NCBI GenBank assembly: GCA_965214935.1
Contig: CBDCCS010000011.1
Span: 221,006-285,005, forward strand
Reading direction: 5' to 3'
Length of the DNA stretch: 64,000 nt
From: Candidatus Velthaea sp.
Lineage (GTDB): Bacteria; Vulcanimicrobiota; Vulcanimicrobiia; Vulcanimicrobiales; Vulcanimicrobiaceae
Shown one piece after another: positions 30,139 through 38,682 of this stretch. The position numbers were made by a program, and so were the translations under genes. The notes under the pieces were generated by a model. It was not told the origin of the DNA and searched no databases. It was given only the letters and a program-made list of their open reading frames with translations. Position 1 is the stretch's first letter; the number at the start of each line of letters is the position of its first letter.

Positions 30139-31442
30139 GCCTCGACCCGCGGCTGCAAGCAAGATTCGAGCAGAGCGAGCGCCCGGGCGAGCTGATCGTG
30201 TTCGATGGTAAGCGGCGGCGCGATTGTAATCGACGTCCCTGTCGGACCGGATTGAAGCACGATGACTCCTCGTTCGAGCGCATCGACGACGACGCGGTTT
30301 GCAATCCCGGCATCGACAAATTCAACCGCCCACAGAAAACCGACGCCGCGTACCGCCTTAACGCCGTCATAGTTGAGAAAGCGCTCGACGCGCTCGGCGA
30401 AAGCCGCCGTACCGGCTTGAACGCGTGCAACGAGTTGCAGCCGCTCAAATTCATCGAGCGTCGCGAGGGCCGCAGCGCAAGCAATCGGGTTGCCCAAAAA
30501 TGTCGCTGTATGCAAGGCTTCACCGCTACTTTTCGCCCAGGCATCTATGACGCCCGCCCGGCCGATCGTCGCGCCGATCGGAACGCCGCCGCCCAGCGCT
30601 TTACCGATGCACAGCAGATCGGGCACGACATCGTCGCGCTGACAGGCGAACAGCATGCCCGTCCGTCCGAAACCGGTGTAGATCTCATCGACGATCAACA
30701 GCACGCCGCGTGCGTTGCAAAGCGCGCGCAGGCCGCGCAAAAATCCGGCGGGCGGGACGATCACGCCGCCGCGGCCCTGAACCGGTTCGACCACAATCGC
30801 GGCGATCTCCCGATCCGCGTCGAGCGCTTCGCTTGCCGCAGCAAGCGCGGCGGCCGCCGAATCGTCCGCGCCGGGATAGCGCAGCCAAGTGGTGCGCTTG
30901 CCGACCAAGGCTTTGAACGGATCGCGGAATTTCGGTATGCCGGTGACTTCGAGCGTGCCGAGCGACAGACCGTGATACGCGCCGTCGTAAGCGAGAAAGC
31001 GCGACCGGCCGGTCTTGAGTACGGCGGTCTTGAGCGCAAATTCAATGGCTTCCGCGCCGCCCGTCGTCAGGTACGTCTTCTGCAGATCGCCGGGCGCAAT
31101 TGCCGCCAATCGTTCAAGCAACCGAGCTTTGACAGCCGTCGGATGCACGTCCCCCATCCCGTGAATGAGCGCAGCGGACTGTTCGGCGATTGCGGCGCTC
31201 ACCGCGGGGCTCGTGTGGCCGATATTCGCCACGCCGAACGCTGCAGTCAAATCGATGAAGCGATTGCCGTCGACATCGGTCACCAGTGCGCCGTTTGCGC
31301 TCGCCCAGAAGATCGGATACCGGTCGCCTAGATAGGTAACGCCTTGCGATTCATAGCGCGCCAAAGTCAGCGCAAGCGCGCGCGAACGCGGACCCGGAAC
31401 GGCGGTAATTAGCTCCTCGAAGGCGCTTCGTGCGACGCTCAT
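30135..31442 (-). CDS. Class III PLP-dependent aminotransferase (GabT/ArgD-like)
   Basis: DVDGNRFIDL, GGAEAIE, YHG, VEPVQGRGG, DEIYTGFGRTG and PLP-Lys in IGKALGGG. Confidence 0.92.
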   Translation of the reverse strand: MSVARSAFEELITAVPGPRSRALALTLARYESQGVTYLGDRYPIFWASANGALVTDVDGNRFIDLTAAFGVANIGHTSPAVSAAIAEQSAALIHGMGDVHPTAVKARLLERLAAIAPGDLQKTYLTTGGAEAIEFALKTAVLKTGRSRFLAYDGAYHGLSLGTLEVTGIPKFRDPFKALVGKRTTWLRYPGADDSAAAALAAASEALDADREIAAIVVEPVQGRGGVIVPPAGFLRGLRALCNARGVLLIVDEIYTGFGRTGMLFACQRDDVVPDLLCIGKALGGGVPIGATIGRAGVIDAWAKSSGEALHTATFLGNPIACAAALATLDEFERLQLVARVQAGTAAFAERVERFLNYDGVKAVRGVGFLWAVEFVDAGIANRVVVDALERGVIVLQSGPTGTSITIAPPLTIEHDQLARALALLESCLQPRVEA

Positions 31443-32689
31443 TCGCGATCGATCCAGCGGACAAAATCGGCGATCCGTGCCGAACCGCCGTGATGCGCGT
31501 CGGCGGGCGGGGCTTGCAATTCACCGAGCCGCGTAAGCCGCACGGCGCCGGCTTGTATCGCGAAAAGTACGGCGCCGGCGTCGCGCGGATCGCGACAACC
31601 GACGGCTTCGATCGGCAGCCGGTGCCGTTGCAGATAGGCGATTGCCTCGCTACCATCGTGAACCGGATAGACCGGCAGAATGCGCGGCAAAAACGGCGGC
31701 GGCTGGTCGCGCGGCGGGTCGAATGCGATCGTACCCGTCCCGCCGGGGGGAGCTAGCACAGCGCCTCGTCCGGCGGCGGCCCGGAACGTGCCGAGATTCC
31801 GATAGGCAGCTGCCGCTGCGGCCGATCGCGCATCGCTGCGGCCGGCCGGAAACTCGATCGCCACGCGCTCGAATGCGCCAGCGAGCTCGTTCGTGAAAGC
31901 GCGCGCGTCTGCATCGCTGCCGCTAACGAACAGCGCGTGCAGCGACATGCAGCCTTGGCCGTCATACAGCAGCGTATCGCGTGCGATGCCCTCCGTTAAA
32001 TCGTTAAATTCGCTGCGCGAAATTCCAGTGCCGAAACTGGCGTCCGTGAGGTCGACGAAACCGATGCTTGCACGGTGACCGTATCCGATGAAGCGAGCTT
32101 CGGCGGGAAGTGCATTGCGAATTGCCGTCAATGCCGTACTGCTGCCGAATGCCACCACAACATCGGCGGCCGACAACCGGGCGTCTTCGCTCGTATCGGC
32201 GCCGCCGGTCCAGGCGTGCGCGCTGACCGCCGCTGTAAATTCCGCCCGTTCATCGGCGAGCGTCTCGAAAAACGCGCCGGCCAGCAGGTCGCTGCGATCT
32301 TTAACGCCCACAGTGCATTTAGCACACAGCGCAAAGACGGCCGGTACGATCGCGACGCCGATCGTCGTATCGCTTGCAATGACCGCAACCCGGTCGACGC
32401 CGCGCGCGTAGGCCGCACGCGCCGGACCGCACGGCACGAAACCGTCGAGCGCTTCGAGCGAACCGAGCTCTGCCTGAATCGCCCTTCGCAACACCTCGGG
32501 CTGTAAGCTTTCGAAGAGCCGATCGAGTGCGTAATCGATGACCGGCAGCGCATACCCGAGCCGCTTCTCGATCGCCGCCGTTGCGCGGACACGGGGCGCG
32601 AAGTCGGCGTCGCTCCAGCGTTGCGCGGCAGCACCGATCGCCGATACGATCGACGCGGCGCTAAGCTCGCGCAGCAAGCTCTTCGGCAT
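31439..32689 (-). CDS. luxC: LuxC-like acyl-CoA/acyl-protein reductase
   Basis: ALDH-like fold segments ADVVVAFGS and YGHRASIG. Catalytic-Cys motif DTLLYDGQGCMS. C-terminal HHGG. Confidence 0.78.
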   Translation of the reverse strand: MPKSLLRELSAASIVSAIGAAAQRWSDADFAPRVRATAAIEKRLGYALPVIDYALDRLFESLQPEVLRRAIQAELGSLEALDGFVPCGPARAAYARGVDRVAVIASDTTIGVAIVPAVFALCAKCTVGVKDRSDLLAGAFFETLADERAEFTAAVSAHAWTGGADTSEDARLSAADVVVAFGSSTALTAIRNALPAEARFIGYGHRASIGFVDLTDASFGTGISRSEFNDLTEGIARDTLLYDGQGCMSLHALFVSGSDADARAFTNELAGAFERVAIEFPAGRSDARSAAAAAAYRNLGTFRAAAGRGAVLAPPGGTGTIAFDPPRDQPPPFLPRILPVYPVHDGSEAIAYLQRHRLPIEAVGCRDPRDAGAVLFAIQAGAVRLTRLGELQAPPADAHHGGSARIADFVRWIDRE

Positions 32690-33752
32690 CGAGCGAACAA
32701 CCGCGCAGCTCCGTGCCGCGCTCGCGCCCGAGCAGCACCAGTCCGTCCGCCGTCAAGGCGCCGAGATCTTCCGTCTCGATAGCGACCGCCGACGAGCGAT
32801 TCGCGCAATCGATATGCCGAATGGCGCCGACGACGCCGTTCGGCACCGGCGAACCGGCCGGATCGACGACGATCGGCCGCAGCCACGGCGGCCAGACTTT
32901 ATAGCGCGTATCGCCGCTGCGGCTCGCGACCGAGTCGTAGTATTGACTCGACAGCTCGGTCATTCCGTATTCGGCAACGATGTCGCTGACCGCGACGCCG
33001 AACCGGTCGGCGACCGCGGCATAGAGTTCAACACGTTCCACGACGCGCGTTCGGCCTTTGAAACCGCCGGTCTCCATGAAGCGCGAACCGGCGGGTAGCC
33101 GGAAGCGAAGGCCGCGGGTCATCAGACCGTCGACCGCTGCGACGAGCGCAAACGCCGTTGCCGCGATACAGACCGGCACGTTCGCCGCGACGGCAGCGGC
33201 GAGGTCGCGGCTGAAGCGCTCGGTGTCGAAGGTTTCACCGTCGACGTAGCGGCCGTCGAAGCCGTCCCCGCGGCGCGCCGCGATGCGGTCCATCATGAAG
33301 CCGAGCGATGAATGCGGACGCAGCCGCGCATCGGGCACGAGCAGGAGATAGCGCAAGCGCGCGCCGTCGGCTAATAACGCGCGGTCGAAACCGGCTAAAA
33401 GGGCGGCTTCATACAGGCCGGCCGTTTCGAGATAGTGGCGGCCGCCGACGCCTGCCGTCGTTCCGCTCGTCTCAAACCAAAGTGCAGCGTGCGCGCTGCC
33501 GGCAGTCGTCAACGCGGCTTCTTTGAAAGCCGCGGCGGGCACGGCCGGAATCTCGGCCGCGCGACGCGGCAGACGATCGGCCGTTATTCCGCACGCGCGG
33601 GCGTATGCGGCGTACGGCTCGTTCCAGCGAAATTGGTGCGCGAAAATGTCGCAGGCAAGCCGATCGAAGGCCGCATCATCGAGCGCATACGATTCGATTG
33701 CCGCCTCAACGCGAGCGTCAAGGGCGGCGGCCTCCGCAGCATAGGACATCAA
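32661..33752 (-). CDS. luxE: LuxE-like acyl-protein synthetase (adenylate-forming)
   Basis: P-loop FETSGTT, METGGFKGR, EYGMTELSSQYY, IETEDLG, LLGR and C-terminal RGCS (acylated Cys). Confidence 0.85.
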   Translation of the reverse strand: MMSYAAEAAALDARVEAAIESYALDDAAFDRLACDIFAHQFRWNEPYAAYARACGITADRLPRRAAEIPAVPAAAFKEAALTTAGSAHAALWFETSGTTAGVGGRHYLETAGLYEAALLAGFDRALLADGARLRYLLLVPDARLRPHSSLGFMMDRIAARRGDGFDGRYVDGETFDTERFSRDLAAAVAANVPVCIAATAFALVAAVDGLMTRGLRFRLPAGSRFMETGGFKGRTRVVERVELYAAVADRFGVAVSDIVAEYGMTELSSQYYDSVASRSGDTRYKVWPPWLRPIVVDPAGSPVPNGVVGAIRHIDCANRSSAVAIETEDLGALTADGLVLLGRERGTELRGCSLDAEELAARA

Positions 33753-34228
33753 CGCGCGCGACGGCGCGCGGAGATCAGCCCGCTGTTGAGCCCGCCGACC
33801 GCTAACCCGCCGTCGAATCGCGCCGACTCGACTTTGATACAGCGGTCGACAACGACGTCGAGTCCGGCTTCAACGGCGAGCGCAATCGCTTCGGCATTGA
33901 TCACCCCGTATTGAAACCAGACCGCTTTGGCTCCGGCCGCGATCGCTTCGCGGGTTACCGCCGGAGCAAACTCCGGCTTGCGGAAAACATCGACGATATC
34001 CGGCGCGCCGTACAGCGCGGCGAACGCCGCTACGTTCGGCAGTGCCGTCACGCCGTCGATTGCCGCAAGCGTCGGGTTGATCGGCGTAACGTGCAGCAAG
34101 CCTTTGGTGCGCAGGTAACTGAACACAAAATAACTCGGACGCGTCGGGTTATCCGATGCACCGACCATCGCGACGGTACGCGAGCGGGCGAGGAGTTCGC
34201 GCCGCTCGGCAACGGTCGTCAAAATCAC
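33749..34228 (-). CDS. CoA-binding protein (YccU/YneT-like)
   Basis: VAMVGASDNPTRPSY, DIVDVFR, WFQYGVIN and VVDRCIKVE. GTGA overlap with metY. Confidence 0.88.
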   Translation of the reverse strand: MILTTVAERRELLARSRTVAMVGASDNPTRPSYFVFSYLRTKGLLHVTPINPTLAAIDGVTALPNVAAFAALYGAPDIVDVFRKPEFAPAVTREAIAAGAKAVWFQYGVINAEAIALAVEAGLDVVVDRCIKVESARFDGGLAVGGLNSGLISARRRAR

Positions 34229-35535
34229 AACGCGAGGGCGACCGCGGCAGCCGCCCGGCGGAGGGCTCGGTCGAGGTCCCAGATTAGATCGTCGGGGTCT
34301 TCGAGCCCGACCGAAACCCGGATCATTTCGGGCCGGACGCCCGACGCCGTCATCTCGTCGTCGGTCAATTGTTGATGCGTGGTCGACGCCGGATGGATCA
34401 CCAAGCTCTTTGCATCGCCGACATTGGCGAGATGCGACCATAACTCGAGCGATTCGATGAACGTGCTGCCGGCCTCGCGCCCGCCGCGCAAGCCGAAGGT
34501 GAAGATCGAACCGGCACCTTGCGCCAAATACTTGCACGCCAGCGCATGCGACGGATCGCCGGGCAGTGCCGCAAACGAAACCCAAGCAACTTCTTCGCGC
34601 GCCTCGAGAAACTTGGCGATCGTCAGCGCGTTCGCAACGTGCACGGGCATGCGAATCGGTAATGTTTCAAGGCCTTGAATGAACAAGAACGCGCTCATCG
34701 GCGACAGCGCGGCACCGACATCGCGTAGCACTTCGACCCGTGCGCGCATTAAATACGCATATTCGCCGAAGGTCTCGGCGAAATTCATATCGTGATAGCC
34801 CGGGCTCGGGCTTGACAGCAACGGATGCTTGCCGGCGCCCCAATGAAATGTACCCGACTCGACGATGATGCCGCCGATCGCGGTTCCGTGACCGCCGATA
34901 AATTTCGTCGCCGACGAGACGACGACGTCGGCGCCCCATTCGATAGGGCGGCATAAATACGGCGAGGCGAATGTGTTGTCGACCAGCAGCGGTAAGCCGT
35001 TCGAATGAGCGACCGCCGCCAGCGCTTCGAGGTCGGCAACGACGCCGGCCGGATTGCCGACCGTCTCGGTGTACAGCGCCTTGGTGTTCGGCCGGATCGC
35101 GCGTTCGGCGGCTGCAAAATCGTTGACGGGTACGAACGTTACGTCGATCCCCATCCGCTTAAGCGTTACCGAAAACTGCGTTATCGTGCCGCCGTATAAA
35201 CTCGCCGTTGCAACGAGGTGATCTCCGGCCTGCGCGATCGTGAGGATCGCGATCAGTTGAGCGGACAGGCCCGACGCCGTCGCGAGCCCGCCCAATCCGC
35301 CTTCGAGGCTCGCCATCTTCTCTTCGAACGCCGCGACCGTCGGATTGCCGATGCGCGAATAGATATTGCCGTACGTTCGCAGGGCAAACAACTCGGCGGC
35401 GTGCTCGGTCGAGTCGAAAACAAAACTCGACGACAGATAGATCGGCTGTGCGCGGGAGCCCGTCTGCGGATCCGGGGGAGTGCCCGCATGTAAGGCGCGA
35501 GTGCGGAAGCCGAACGCTCGATCGTGATGTGTCAT
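34225..35535 (-). CDS. metY: O-acetylhomoserine aminocarboxypropyltransferase (sulfhydrylase)
   Basis: YSRIGNPT, DNTFASP, SATKFIGGHG and HLANVGDAKSLVIHPASTTHQQL. Confidence 0.9.
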   Translation of the reverse strand: MTHHDRAFGFRTRALHAGTPPDPQTGSRAQPIYLSSSFVFDSTEHAAELFALRTYGNIYSRIGNPTVAAFEEKMASLEGGLGGLATASGLSAQLIAILTIAQAGDHLVATASLYGGTITQFSVTLKRMGIDVTFVPVNDFAAAERAIRPNTKALYTETVGNPAGVVADLEALAAVAHSNGLPLLVDNTFASPYLCRPIEWGADVVVSSATKFIGGHGTAIGGIIVESGTFHWGAGKHPLLSSPSPGYHDMNFAETFGEYAYLMRARVEVLRDVGAALSPMSAFLFIQGLETLPIRMPVHVANALTIAKFLEAREEVAWVSFAALPGDPSHALACKYLAQGAGSIFTFGLRGGREAGSTFIESLELWSHLANVGDAKSLVIHPASTTHQQLTDDEMTASGVRPEMIRVSVGLEDPDDLIWDLDRALRRAAAAVALAL

Positions 35536-35539
35536 CGTG

Positions 35540-36205
35540 TTACTTGGTTTTAACGTCGCGATCCCGTTCACGTTTGCGATGCGCAGCGGTAAACGGCGTT
35601 CCTTGATGCTTGGGATCGCCGTCGGTAAATAAGCCGACCATATCCATGTAGTTTTCTTCGTAGCCGCTAAAAACGTAGGTTGCATCGCCCGCGGATGCGG
35701 TCAATTTGAGAACCCGGCCGTCGAACGTCCCGGTAAACGGAACGAGCGTCTTCCCGTCGCGCCGCCAGGTGCCGGTCAGGTCGTTTCCGTTTTGCGTGAC
35801 GTACAGGTGCGAGTACCGCGCGCGCGCTCCGGTCAACGGTTGAAATGCAATTTCCCATACGCCGTCGAGGGTTGAAAACTGCGGCGGTTCGGGCGTGTCG
35901 GTCGGACTCGGTCCGGGGGTCGGTTGCGTTCCCGCATCGCCCGACCCATGCCGGCCGTGCCGCCCGCTCGGGGAGGCGCCGGCCGAGGCTGCAGCGCTCG
36001 GCGCGGTCGTCGGCGGCGTCTCGGTCGACGGTAGCGCCGTCGGCTCCGCGGACGGTGAGATCAACGGTCCCGACGTCGGCCCGGTTACCGGGATCGGCGG
36101 CGGCGGCGGAGTGCCCTGCGGGCCGGGGGCGGTCTGCGCGGAGACGATGCTCGTCCCGAAAGCGATCAGCGCGATCGCCGCAAACGCCATGGTACGTAGG
36201 TTCAA
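35540..36205 (-). CDS. Secreted protein with Pro/Thr-rich linker and small C-terminal beta-barrel-like domain
   Basis: Signal peptide ending VSA|Q, P/T/S-rich segment, then LDGVWEI...TQNGNDLTGTW...FTGTFDG. GAGGAG RBS before TTG. Confidence 0.7.
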   Translation of the reverse strand: MNLRTMAFAAIALIAFGTSIVSAQTAPGPQGTPPPPPIPVTGPTSGPLISPSAEPTALPSTETPPTTAPSAAASAGASPSGRHGRHGSGDAGTQPTPGPSPTDTPEPPQFSTLDGVWEIAFQPLTGARARYSHLYVTQNGNDLTGTWRRDGKTLVPFTGTFDGRVLKLTASAGDATYVFSGYEENYMDMVGLFTDGDPKHQGTPFTAAHRKRERDRDVKTK

Positions 36206-36338
36206 ATGGGCTCCTCGACGTTATGGTGACCGGTGAAGATACAACACTTACGCTAACGTTCACTGCCCGGTGTTTCTCACCACGTGCGCGCGCCCGCCCA
36301 AACATGCACGACCGAACTTTGAAGCTTGTTGCCTGTCG

Positions 36339-36347
36339 TGCTATACT
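36339..36347 (+). promoter_or_regulatory. Extended -10 promoter TGcTATACT of rpmE
   Basis: TGnTATACT lies 9 nt before the GTG start. No Shine-Dalgarno in between. Confidence 0.65.
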
Positions 36348-36356
36348 GTAACGGCC

Positions 36357-36632
36357 GTGAAAAACAAGATTCATCCCAAATGGTATCCGGACGCCAAAAT
36401 CAGTTGCGCCTGCGGATCCACCTTTACCACCGGTTCGACGCTGCCGACGATCTCGGTCGAGATTTGCTCGGCTTGCCACCCGCTTTTTACGGGTCAGCAG
36501 AAGTTCATCGATACGGCCGGTCGCGTCGATAAGTTTAACCAGCGCGTTGCACTTGCGGACAAGAAGAAAGCCGAGGCCGTTGCGCGCAAGCAGAAGAAGG
36601 ACGCCGACGAGGCCGCAGCCGCTTCCGCGTAG
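36357..36632 (+). CDS. rpmE: 50S ribosomal protein L31 (zinc-binding type)
   Basis: KNKIHPKWY, CACG, CSACHPLFTG and DTAGRVDKF. Confidence 0.96.
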   Translation: MKNKIHPKWYPDAKISCACGSTFTTGSTLPTISVEICSACHPLFTGQQKFIDTAGRVDKFNQRVALADKKKAEAVARKQKKDADEAAAASA

Positions 36633-36654
36633 CGAAAACGTTACTACAAAACAG

Positions 36655-36680
36655 GCGAGTCGCTTTGCGGCTCGCTTTTT
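36655..36680 (+). terminator. Rho-independent terminator between rpmE and prfA
   Basis: GCGAGTCGC-ttt-GCGGCTCGC followed by TTTTT. Confidence 0.75.
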
Positions 36681-36701
36681 CATTCGCCGGCAGTGAGCGC
36701 A

Positions 36702-37784
36702 ATGCAATTCACCGATCGTCTCGAGACTCTGTCCAAAAAATTCGACGAAATCGAAGCCGAGCTCGGGCATCCGAGCGGTGATTTCGATCAGGACCGGTTC
36801 ACCGCGCTCGTTAAAGAGCGGGCGTCGATTGAAGAGACGGTAGCGACGTACCGCCGTTACCGCGCGCTCCTCGCGGAGATCGCCGCGAACGAAGAGCTGT
36901 TGACCGATCGCAGCGACGCCGAGATGTTCGATCTGGCCCAAGAAGAAGCTAAAGACTTACGGGCTCGGCGCAAAGACCTCGAAGAGCAGCTGCAAGAGCT
37001 GATGCTGCCGCGCGACCCGAACGACACCAAAGACATTTTCATCGAGGTTCGCGCCGGTGCGGGCGGCGATGAGGCCGGCATCTTCGCCGGCGACCTGGTG
37101 CGCATGTACATGCGGTTCGCCGAAAGCCGGCGCATGAAAGTCGAGCTGCTGTCGGAGAGCGAAAACGAGTCGGGCGGTTATAAAGAAGTCGTGATTGCGG
37201 TCAAAAACGGCGAACCTTACCGCTTTTTTAAATACGAGTCCGGGGTTCATCGCGTGCAGCGGGTCCCGGTTACCGAATCCGCCGGCCGCGTTCACACCAG
37301 TACCGCGACCGTTGCGGTCTTGCCCGAAGTCGATCCGCAGACGAAGATCGAAATCAACTCCAAAGACCTTGAGATCGATACGTTCAAGGCGTCGGGTGCC
37401 GGCGGTCAGCACGTCAATAAGACCGAATCGGCGATTCGGATAACGCACGTGCCGAGCGGCATCATCGTCTCCTGTAGCGAGGAGCGCTCGCAGCTGCAAA
37501 ATCGCGAGCGGGCGATGCAAATGCTGCGCGCGCAACTCGCGGAAAAGCAGCGCCGCGACCGTGAAGAAGCCGAAGGGTCGCTACGGCGCAGTCAGGTCGG
37601 AACGGGCGATCGCAGCGAAAAGATTCGCACCTATAATTATCCGCAGGATCGCATTACCGACCATCGGATCAATGCCAACTTTCAGAACATCCGAACGATT
37701 CTCGACGGCGACATGCACCGGCTCGTCACCGAGCTACAGACCGACGAGAAAGCACGTCTGCTGGCGGGAGAGACCGCGGCCTAA
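36702..37784 (+). CDS. prfA: Peptide chain release factor 1
   Basis: GAGGQHVNKT and RF1-specific PVT. Followed by prmC. Confidence 0.96.
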   Translation: MQFTDRLETLSKKFDEIEAELGHPSGDFDQDRFTALVKERASIEETVATYRRYRALLAEIAANEELLTDRSDAEMFDLAQEEAKDLRARRKDLEEQLQELMLPRDPNDTKDIFIEVRAGAGGDEAGIFAGDLVRMYMRFAESRRMKVELLSESENESGGYKEVVIAVKNGEPYRFFKYESGVHRVQRVPVTESAGRVHTSTATVAVLPEVDPQTKIEINSKDLEIDTFKASGAGGQHVNKTESAIRITHVPSGIIVSCSEERSQLQNRERAMQMLRAQLAEKQRRDREEAEGSLRRSQVGTGDRSEKIRTYNYPQDRITDHRINANFQNIRTILDGDMHRLVTELQTDEKARLLAGETAA

Positions 37785-37793
37785 CGCTTCGAG

Positions 37794-38651
37794 ATGACAA
37801 TCGGTGAAGCCGTACGCAGCGCGGGGCTGCGGCTGCAGCACATCAGCGAAACCGGCCTGCTCGATGCCGGCCGGCTACTCGAACACGTCGCGGGTTTCGA
37901 TCGCGCCGATGTCTTGCGCGACGGGTCGCGGGCGCTCGATCCGGTGCTCGCGGCGCGATTCGACAAGCTGGTCGCCCGGCGTGAACGCGGCGAGCCGATC
38001 GCTTATCTGACCGGGCAGGCCGGATTCTACGGCCGCACGTTTTACGTTGACGAGCGCGTTTTGGTCCCGCGGCCGGAAAGCGAACATGTCGTCGAAGCCG
38101 CGATCGACGATTTACGCGCGCGCCGGAAAGCGGCCGGCATCGTCGTTGATGTCGGCACCGGAAGCGGAGCACTGGGCATCACGCTGGCCTGCGAATTACC
38201 GGCCTTGCAAGTCTATGCAACGGACATCTCGCGTGATGCGCTTGCCGTTGCGCGCAGCAACGCGGCGGCGAACAACGTCTATCGGCGCTGTATGTTTCTG
38301 AGCGGCGATTTGCTGTTGCCGCTTGCGCCCTTCGGCGAACGCGTCGATGCCGTGCTCGCCAACTTGCCGTATATCCCTGCGGCCGACATCCCGCCGGCGC
38401 CGAATCCGGCAAGTTTCGAGCCGCGGGTAGCACTGGACGGCGGTGACGACGGACTGGCCTGTTATCGCCGGCTCCTCGCTCAGCTTCCGCGCTTCACCCA
38501 AGCCGATGCGATGATTTTCCTCGAAGCGGCGCCGGGGACGATCGAACCGCTGTGCGCACTGATCGAACGGACGTTTCGCCGAGCGCATATCGAGATCGGC
38601 GAGGACTATGCCGGTCTGGAGCGCTTTGTCGGCTTTAGCGCCGGGGCCTGA
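37794..38651 (+). CDS. prmC: Release factor glutamine methyltransferase
   Basis: GEPIAYLTG, VLVPRPESE, DVGTGSG, NLPY and ALDGGDDGL. Confidence 0.93.
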   Translation: MTIGEAVRSAGLRLQHISETGLLDAGRLLEHVAGFDRADVLRDGSRALDPVLAARFDKLVARRERGEPIAYLTGQAGFYGRTFYVDERVLVPRPESEHVVEAAIDDLRARRKAAGIVVDVGTGSGALGITLACELPALQVYATDISRDALAVARSNAAANNVYRRCMFLSGDLLLPLAPFGERVDAVLANLPYIPAADIPPAPNPASFEPRVALDGGDDGLACYRRLLAQLPRFTQADAMIFLEAAPGTIEPLCALIERTFRRAHIEIGEDYAGLERFVGFSAGA

Positions 38652-38682
38652 GTGCCTCAAGCCTGCGTTGCGGTTTTGACGC

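Noticed and set aside
31439..33752. Bioluminescence (lux) operon
   Set aside because: No luciferase (luxA/luxB), luxD or luxG in the window. The neighbours are an aminotransferase and an oxidoreductase.
35536..35700. SAM riboswitch or T-box upstream of metY
   Set aside because: Only 4 nt separate metY from the upstream CDS, and I see no recognisable aptamer motifs.
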